18,102 bases of DNA from NCBI GenBank assembly GCA_039714075.1, contig JBDLKA010000076.1:1-18102 (forward strand), written 5' to 3'. The stretch comes from Candidatus Krumholzibacteriota bacterium (GTDB taxonomy: Bacteria; Krumholzibacteriota; Krumholzibacteriia; LZORAL124-64-63). The position numbers and the translations under genes were made by a program. Below are positions 1-7,200 of this stretch, one piece after another. How positions within the stretch are numbered: position 1 is the stretch's first letter; every line of letters begins with the position of its first letter. The notes beneath the pieces are model-generated. The model worked only from the letters and a program-made list of their open reading frames with translations, was not told the DNA's origin and did no database searches.

Positions 1-273
1 ATTTTCCACCGCCTCGCGCACCGCCGGCAGGTTGTCAAGCTGTTGCGCCAGCCGAATGAATTGGTCGGTACGCGACTTGGAAAAACCCAGCTCGCAGATG
101 GCGTACTGGTTGATGGAAGAGTGCCCCAGAACACGAAACAACCGGCGCCGCATGATCTCGCCGAACCACAACACCGCGCACTGCTTGGCGTCATCCATGA
201 CGGCCAAAGAGCGCTTCAAAGAGGAATGGACTTTGGCGGCGGGTTGACCGGAAACATAGGAAAATGCGGACAT
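1..273 (-). CDS. N-terminal 91 aa of a protein running off the left edge; resembles the helical N-terminus of DUF222/HNH-endonuclease-type proteins
   Basis: Not in the ORF track. My translation from ATG at 273: MSAFSYVSGQPAAKVHSSLKRSLAVMDDAKQCAVLWFGEIMRRRLFRVLGHSSINQYAICELGFSKSRTDQFIRLAQQLDNLPAVREAVEN, open to the edge. AAGGAG(G) RBS at 280-286. The family guess rests on the 'G.SSI.QYA..ELGFS.......RLA..L..LP.VREA' pattern; no catalytic domain is visible. Confidence 0.6.
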   Translation of the reverse strand, partial: MSAFSYVSGQPAAKVHSSLKRSLAVMDDAKQCAVLWFGEIMRRRLFRVLGHSSINQYAICELGFSKSRTDQFIRLAQQLDNLPAVREAVEN

Positions 274-444
274 GGAATTCCTCCTTGATAAGGGTGCATG
301 GGAGGAAACCTCAAGATACGAACAAATGACGAAAACCGCAAGAAAAAAACAAGATAATCACCAATATTTTCAATTGGTTATGGAATTCAACATTCAACCG
401 AAAATCCGTCGGCCAGGCCTCCAGGAAAACCTCCAACGCCCCCC

Positions 445-1128
445 CTACTGCGGTGCCTCGGTCCCCGGATAGGTCGTCATCGAATAGGGAATATGGCCGC
501 TGTCCGCGAAGGCAACCAGCTTCTTCGACCCGTCCGCCCGCACCTGCACGACGGTCAGGCTGCAGTTGGCGATGCTCATCTGCAGCCAGGCCAACCGGTC
601 GACCTCCAGAACCTGCGTCGTGAACCACCGGATCACATTGCCGTGGCAGACGACAATGTCGTATTCGTTCGCGTCACCGGAAGCCGGCACGAAGATCCGC
701 TTCCAGGCCGCCTCCAGATTCGCTTCGCACTCCTCGGCCTCCCCCGGCTCCATGTCGGCCATGACGTCTTCACGCCGCGTGGCAGGCGTACACTCGCGTA
801 TGTCCCGGTGCAGAACCAGCTCCAGCTTCGGAAACGACGAAGCGATGATCTCGCCCGTCTGCCGCGCGCGGGTCATGGCGCTGGCCTGGATGGAAGTGAA
901 TTCCAAAGGCATGGCCTCCAGGCGGTCGGCAACGATCCGCGCCTGCTGCCGGCCCAGGGCCACCAGACCACAGCCTTCATCCTCGTCGCACTCCTGGTCG
1001 TGTTCATATTCCCCGTGACGGATCAAGAAGATGGTGCGCACCGGCTCGTCGCGATCGGGCAGGACCGCGGCGGCGGGCAGGGCGGTCAACAAAGAAAACA
1101 AAACACTGAAAAAAATCAGGCGGCGCAT
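445..1128 (-). CDS. Secreted histidine phosphatase (phosphoglycerate mutase superfamily), PGAM5-like, 227 aa
   Basis: IFLIRHG catalytic motif, LGRQQA, SAMTRARQT, VVCHGNVIR, SIANCSLT. Start moved to ATG 1128 (MRRLIFFSVLFSLLTALPAAA signal peptide; GGGAG upstream). Confidence 0.9.
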   Translation of the reverse strand: MRRLIFFSVLFSLLTALPAAAVLPDRDEPVRTIFLIRHGEYEHDQECDEDEGCGLVALGRQQARIVADRLEAMPLEFTSIQASAMTRARQTGEIIASSFPKLELVLHRDIRECTPATRREDVMADMEPGEAEECEANLEAAWKRIFVPASGDANEYDIVVCHGNVIRWFTTQVLEVDRLAWLQMSIANCSLTVVQVRADGSKKLVAFADSGHIPYSMTTYPGTEAPQ

Positions 1129-1233
1129 GGGAACTCCCGGGGTTGGGGTTGATTGTCCGGGTGATTCTACACTATGTTCCCCGGACGAGCCTAGTCCCAC
1201 GCTTCACAAATACCCTGAAAGGCCGCCTCAGCA

Positions 1234-1617
1234 ATGATCCATATCAAGACCACCTCCAAATCCCTGGCAGACGTAGCCAAGGCCCTGGAAACCGTCGTGC
1301 CCGAGCACAAATTCGGCCTGCTGCATGTCCATGACCTCAAGAAAACCATGGAAGACAAGGGCGTGGAATTCGCCCGGGAATGCCTGGTTTTCGAGGTCTG
1401 CAATCCGCATCACGCCAAAGCGGTACTGGACGAGGATATCCGGGTCAACCTGGCGCTGCCCTGCCGGATCGGGGTCTGGGAGGAAGGCGGGGAAACCAAG
1501 GTGGGAACCCTTTTGCCGACCCAGTTGATGGGAGTCTTCGGCGACGGCCCGGCCATGGATGAAACCGCGGCCGAGGTTGAAAAAACCATGTTGGCAATCA
1601 TCGAGGATGTGCTCTGA
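1234..1617 (+). CDS. DUF302 domain protein, 127 aa
   Basis: FGLLHVHDLKKTM..KG, VFEVCNP..A, LALPCRIGVWE and 'A.EVE..M..II' match the DUF302 pattern. Confidence 0.88.
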   Translation: MIHIKTTSKSLADVAKALETVVPEHKFGLLHVHDLKKTMEDKGVEFARECLVFEVCNPHHAKAVLDEDIRVNLALPCRIGVWEEGGETKVGTLLPTQLMGVFGDGPAMDETAAEVEKTMLAIIEDVL

Positions 1618-1644
1618 GAATCCGGGGTTCAGATCTTCGCCCGC

Positions 1645-4227
1645 TCACTCCACCCGAGTCTTGAAACTCACGCTGAAGCCGGGATGGTTCACCCCGTCCG
1701 AGGCGGCAAACGCACCTTTGGGCACCACGCGCATGTGCGTCACCACGGGGTCGAAACCCAGGACGTCGGGCACTGGCACGTAGTTCCAGGTGGCGCCGCC
1801 GTCGCTGGAAAACTCCAGGTCGTCGGCCGGATCCGCCAATCCGCCGTAGGTGTAGCTCATCCCCCCGGGCGTCACACCGTCCGCGAAAGCTACCGGTCCG
1901 GATCCCGCACCCGCGAAATCACCCACGAAAACCGCCGTGTTCGCCGGGATGGGATCGGTCATGGCCAGGGCGTCGGCGTCGGCCGGACCCGGGCCCGTAT
2001 TGACCGCCGTGATGACGTTCAGAACCACCGCCCCGGGGATGGCCTTGGGATTGGCCAGCAGGTTCACGGGATCCGATTCGGTCACCGTGGTCTTGCTGAC
2101 CAGGATGTTGGGGACCAGCGCGGTCACCGCGGTTACACCGCCGAACTCCGAAGTGGATCCACCCATCGTGGCGGTCATGGTCAGCAGGTCGCCCGTGACC
2201 ACGCCGGCCGGCAGCGGGATCACGAACTGGAAACGGTTGGTGTTGTCCTGGCCGACCGGAACTCCGTTCACCGGCAGGGGACCGTACAGGCTGGTCGTCC
2301 CGTCCAGGTCCAGCGCCGAACCCTCGGTCAGGGTCGTGACGTAGGTTTCCCCTTCCCCCAGGCCCGACGGGTCGGCGGCCGCGATGAACATTTCGATCAT
2401 CGAGCCCGGCCGCGCCCAGCCGCTCAGGGTAAGTTCGCCGCCGACGTTGAGCGCCGATTCCAGCACCGGGAAATTCAAAAGGTCATTGCCGCCCGCATCA
2501 CCGTCGCCGTTGTCGTTCAGGGTATAATAGGGAGCCACGCCGCTACGATCGTTTTCGCCGCCGGCCAGCAGATCGATCCCCACCTGGCCCGTGGGCGCCC
2601 ATCCGCCGGTATTGGTGATGGTGCCGTTCCCGTAAATTGAATTCCGGGTAATGGTCACCGCGTTCGCCGCCGGAACGACCATCACGCCCGCACCGTAATT
2701 CTCGGCCAGGACGTTGCCCTGAACCAGGAGGCCGCCGCTGACAACCCGCACGCCCGGGGTTTCCGTGCCGCCGATCGCGGCCATACCGTTGCGGCGGATC
2801 GTATTATCAAGCAGGGTGATTGCCGCCGAACCGGCCTCCACATCCACCCCCGCGCCACCGTTTTCGTGGATCAGGTTTCCGGTCACCGTGACATTCGAAC
2901 ACCCGTCCAGGCTGAGGCCGTTCTGCGCCCCGTCGGACTGGGCGTTGGCGAAGATCTCGTTGCCTTCGATCAGCCATCCGTCGGTACCCGCCCGCGCCTC
3001 GACGCCGTGCCGGTCGCTGAAGGCGATCAGGTTTCCGTGGAGCGTCCCGCCGGTCGCCCCCGCCAGGGTGATCACCGGCACCGACCGCCAGGCGCCGGGA
3101 TCGGTGAATCCCCCGGGACCCGTGCCCAGGACATTTTGTTCGATGATCGTGCCGGCGCAAGTCTCGACCAGAATGTTCCCCATGGCCGCACTCCAACCGA
3201 AACTCGAAAAGCTGTGGACCGAAAGGTTGCGCACGGTCGTCAGGTCGGCCTGGATGCGCAGTCCGAACAACGTCCCGTTGGAACCGGCAATCTCGAGTTC
3301 GGGCCGGGCGACCGTCGCCACGGCCGCGCCGCTCGTTCCTACCCCTCCTCCGGTTCCCAAAACACCTGGATTCGCATCGAGGATCGCGACTCCGTTCGCC
3401 GCGTCGAAGGCCACGCCGTCCACTGTCGTTCCCGGGTCCGTCAGGGCCGGCAGATTGGCAGTCAGCGACAAACGCCACCACTGTCCTCCACCGCCCGAGG
3501 CATTGGGCGCCACCGCCGGGACGAAGCGCATCACGTTGTCACCCACCATGGCGTTGGCGTTGACCAGGAACTGCCGCAGGCTGCCCTGCACCGCGGTGCT
3601 GCCTCCGCCCAGCGGATTGGTCACCACGGTGAAGCTGAAGCCGAAATCGATATTGTCGGCGTGGGGACCGCTGACGTCCGCCCGGCCCACATGCTGGTAA
3701 ATATTATCCGCCGGATTGGTGCTGCCCGTGTTGAAGCCGTCCGAAACCCCGGGGGTCGCCCCACCGAAGCGCGGCCCCACATCCAGGGCGATGGTGGTGG
3801 GATCATCTCCCACCGTCTGCTGGGCCCAGACGTTCGCCGGGCCGAATCCGCCGTTGAAACCCGCCGAAGGGCTCATGCCCCGGGAATTCACCGCCACCAG
3901 GTAATAATCCCCCGTGGCATTGGTCTCGACCTTGAAATTGAAGGCCCCCGAGGCGTTGGTGGTATGTTCCTCCAGGAAGGTGTCGCCCGCGTCGACCAGG
4001 CCATTGTTGTTGCCGTCCCTGTACAGGCGCACACCCAGCCCGCTGGTTTTAAAGTCGCCCACGAGGGAACCGTCGCCCAGAATGTCCTCGTAGACCGTGC
4101 CGCGCACGGTGCGGCGCCGGGCCTCAGCCGTATCCGCCCAAAGAACCGACCCCGCGACCACCAACAACAACATCATTGCCCGCAGTGCTTTTCCTTTATC
4201 CATGGTCATGCCCATTATCCTATTCAT
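1645..4227 (-). CDS. Exported multidomain surface protein/adhesin: SdrD-B-like N-terminal domain, right-handed parallel beta-helix, Ig-like domain, C-terminal truncated DUF11; putative tip subunit
   Basis: Signal peptide ...LLVVAGSVLWADTAEA. 'VRGTVYED..GDG...V.LYRD.NNNG..D.GD......TNASGAFNF' (SdrD-B/CnaB-like). Repeated 'I.GN.I..N...G' beta-helix turns. 'IDL....TLNDNGDGD.GGN.LLNFPVL'. C-terminal 'ILVSKT...AIPGA....I...NTG......TDPIP'. ATG 4227 overlaps the upstream stop; downstream ATGs (4215, 4209, 4203) are alternative starts. Confidence 0.85.
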   Translation of the reverse strand: MNRIMGMTMDKGKALRAMMLLLVVAGSVLWADTAEARRRTVRGTVYEDILGDGSLVGDFKTSGLGVRLYRDGNNNGLVDAGDTFLEEHTTNASGAFNFKVETNATGDYYLVAVNSRGMSPSAGFNGGFGPANVWAQQTVGDDPTTIALDVGPRFGGATPGVSDGFNTGSTNPADNIYQHVGRADVSGPHADNIDFGFSFTVVTNPLGGGSTAVQGSLRQFLVNANAMVGDNVMRFVPAVAPNASGGGGQWWRLSLTANLPALTDPGTTVDGVAFDAANGVAILDANPGVLGTGGGVGTSGAAVATVARPELEIAGSNGTLFGLRIQADLTTVRNLSVHSFSSFGWSAAMGNILVETCAGTIIEQNVLGTGPGGFTDPGAWRSVPVITLAGATGGTLHGNLIAFSDRHGVEARAGTDGWLIEGNEIFANAQSDGAQNGLSLDGCSNVTVTGNLIHENGGAGVDVEAGSAAITLLDNTIRRNGMAAIGGTETPGVRVVSGGLLVQGNVLAENYGAGVMVVPAANAVTITRNSIYGNGTITNTGGWAPTGQVGIDLLAGGENDRSGVAPYYTLNDNGDGDAGGNDLLNFPVLESALNVGGELTLSGWARPGSMIEMFIAAADPSGLGEGETYVTTLTEGSALDLDGTTSLYGPLPVNGVPVGQDNTNRFQFVIPLPAGVVTGDLLTMTATMGGSTSEFGGVTAVTALVPNILVSKTTVTESDPVNLLANPKAIPGAVVLNVITAVNTGPGPADADALAMTDPIPANTAVFVGDFAGAGSGPVAFADGVTPGGMSYTYGGLADPADDLEFSSDGGATWNYVPVPDVLGFDPVVTHMRVVPKGAFAASDGVNHPGFSVSFKTRVE

Positions 4228-7200
4228 GCGGACCACCCATGAAGGCCTTGAGGATGGTGCCCGCGGTTTCCTGGTCGAATTTCAACCGGAAGCGCAGGAA
4301 CGGTCCCTGGGCCGTGAAATCGGCGGCCGAGAAGTCTGCGTCGTAGAAGCCGATGAAGTTGTAGCCCAGGCTCATCCAGACATTGTTCATCACGTTGAAT
4401 CCGAAAGAACCCCCGGCGCTGTAGTCGATCTGCTTCGCGTACCACGAGTGCAGGCCGCTCAGCCTGAAGCCCAGATCCATCCGCGGGCTCAGGTTCTGCC
4501 GTACTTCGCCGCCGAGCAGATCGGTCAAACCCTTGTAGCGACGGCCGGCGATGTCGTCCTGGTTGTACTTGATCCCGTGCTGCAACGCGATCTGGGTGTT
4601 GCGGCCCGAGTAGTAGGTCAGATTCAGATGATTGACGATGCGCCAACCCGACAGATCGGTCGTCAGCGAGTAGCGTTCCTCGGTTACCCAATCCAGCCGG
4701 TCCAGGATGACCCAACCCTCGCGGTCCGGCCGCAGGGCCAATCCCAGGCGGATGTCGTATTTCCTGCGCCGGGATCCGGCCTCCCCTTCGGTGCCCGCGA
4801 TCCGGGCCTTGCCCGCCACACCCAGGCCCGAGCGGGGTTCCACCAGCACGCTGGGCACCACGGCCCATTTGTCGTCCAGGGCCGAGTTGCGGATCTCGAA
4901 GCGACTGTTCCATTGCCAGCGCTCGGCGTTGTAGCCCACGGCCGTCGAAATTGCCGTGAAACCGGCCAACGCCCCCGAAGCGGGCGGGACGTTTTCGTTG
5001 ACCCGCGGTGTGTCGAAACCCTCGGTCGCTTCGCTGTGATCCAGGCCGAAGTCCATGTTCCAGTGATCGCTGACCTTCCACAACTGGCGCAGACCCAGAT
5101 TGGCGAAGGCCCGCGACCCGTTTTCGGTGAAGCGCCGTTCCCAGCTGCTGGTAACACGTCCGCCGGTCCACGGTTTGGTCTCGAAACCGAACCGGGCGCC
5201 GCGCGTGTCCCCCGCCGCTCCGTTGGTGATTTCATAACGGGACAGCAGGTTCAGGTTGCGGACGATTTCAAAATCGGCGCCCAGCGTGGTCCGCGTGGGG
5301 TAGTCCACGTTGCGGTTCTCTCCATCCAGCGACTGCTCGTGGTCCGCCGAGAATTTCAACCGCCGGTTCCGCGTGCTGATTTCCCCGCCGCCGGTGATCT
5401 GGGTCGAACCGTGGTCGTTCAGGACCGTGAACCTGTCCTCTACCCACCGCCCGCCTGCGTGGATACTGAAGATCGAATCACGCCACTGCAGCTTGCCCTC
5501 GATGTTGTCCCGCCGCGAACCGTTGGCCAGGTTGTCCTGCCGCCAGGTCTGGCTCTTGAAGGTCAGACGGGAATTCATTTTCCAGTCCAGGTCCACCCCG
5601 AGCTTGCGCGTGCCCGCTTCACTCCGGTTCTGCTGGCCCAGCCCGAAGCCGACCTCGTTCTGCCTGACGTAGGCCCGGGCGCCAAACCGTCCCGCGGTGT
5701 TCTTGATTTCCGCCAGGTAGGCGTCGTGCCGTCCGGTCATATCCGTGTCGGTAACGACATACTCGCCTTTCAACTCGGTCTGCGGCCCGAACCGGTAACG
5801 GCCGTCCCAACCGATCAGTTCACCCTTGCCGGCGTTTTCCTCCTGGTGAATGAAGGTCGTGCCCAGCTCCAGCTTGCCGCCGGCCGTGGTGACCGCCCCG
5901 CGACCGCCATAATTGTTGTAATCCCCGTCCCTGCTGCGGGTTTCGTAGTTCACCACGATGAAGATCGGGTTCAGGTTCTCGTCCCTGCTCCAGATGGGCT
6001 CCTTGAAGTAGAGCGAGCCGTCCTCATGATCGATGCTGTAGTCCAGATGGCGGGTCAGCTTCCGCGAACCCAGGATGACCTCGCTGCGGAACCGGTCCCG
6101 CACCTCGATCGTGATCTCCTCCGAGTTGATCACCAGGTCACGGCGCGTCAGGTAATACATGCCGCTGGTACCGTCGCCGCGGATCTCATCACGCATATAA
6201 CCGTGGCCGGTCTGGTTGGCGAACAGGTTCAGACCCACGTGTTCGGACTTCAACTCGGACTTGATGCCGTTGAAGTTTCGCGTGTAGCCCGCCAGCTCAT
6301 TGATGGACAGGCCCGTATTGTAGTCACCGAACAGGGCATAGAACTGGCGGCGTTCGATCTTGACGTAGAGCTTGCGCGAACTGGACGCATCGTAGTCCTG
6401 CCGCGAACCGTCGCCGTACAGCGTGAAGTACTGGTCCGGGTCGATCTCCTGGTACAGGGCGCCGGTGTCCCCGTCCCAGTCCTTGCCGGTGTCGAAGGCC
6501 AGGGTCGCCAGCCACTCGCCCCTGATGCTGCCCTTGGCGTAGAAAGCCACCCGGCCGTCGCTGTACCACCTGTCGTCCGGCGCGTTGCCCTGCAGGGGTT
6601 CCATGTTTCCGTTCAAGGTGTTGTAGCCCACGGTTCCCTCGGCCAGGCCCACCAGGATCCAGTCACGGGCGCCGGGTTCCAGCCAGGTTCGCATTTCCTG
6701 CTGATGGCCCTGGAAATGGAAGTGCAGGACGGTTTCGCCCGTCTTGGTCGTGGGCTGCAGCCTGACATGCGCAACCCCGTCCGCTCCCACCACATAGCTG
6801 GGTCTCTGGCGTCGCATTCCGACCAACGGATCCTTCTGGAAATCCTCGAATTCCTGTTGGGACATGTGGGGTGCGTCCACCGTGAATTCCCCGATGATTC
6901 CTTCACGCGCGGGCTGCCCGTCGCGGTCGGTCAGACGCACGGCGATCACGGGCAGGGTCTTTCCGTCCGCCGTCAGGGTCGACTGTTCGGGCAGCATGGT
7001 CGCCAGGACCGGCGGGCTGGCGTAGTGGACATAGCGCGCCTTGCGCCACAGTTCCTTGCCCTTTTCATCGCGCCCGACGGCCACGAACAGGTTCTCCCCT
7101 TCCTTGAGATCGATCCCCGTCCAGATACTGACCGCCACCATGCCGTCATTACTCGCTTTGACGCCGTCGAAATTCACCGCCTCGACCGGCCGGCCGTCCT

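Noticed and set aside
32..472. Short plus-strand ORFs at 32-247, 43-288 and 272-472
   Set aside because: They overlap the better-supported minus-strand gene starting at 273 and its leader.
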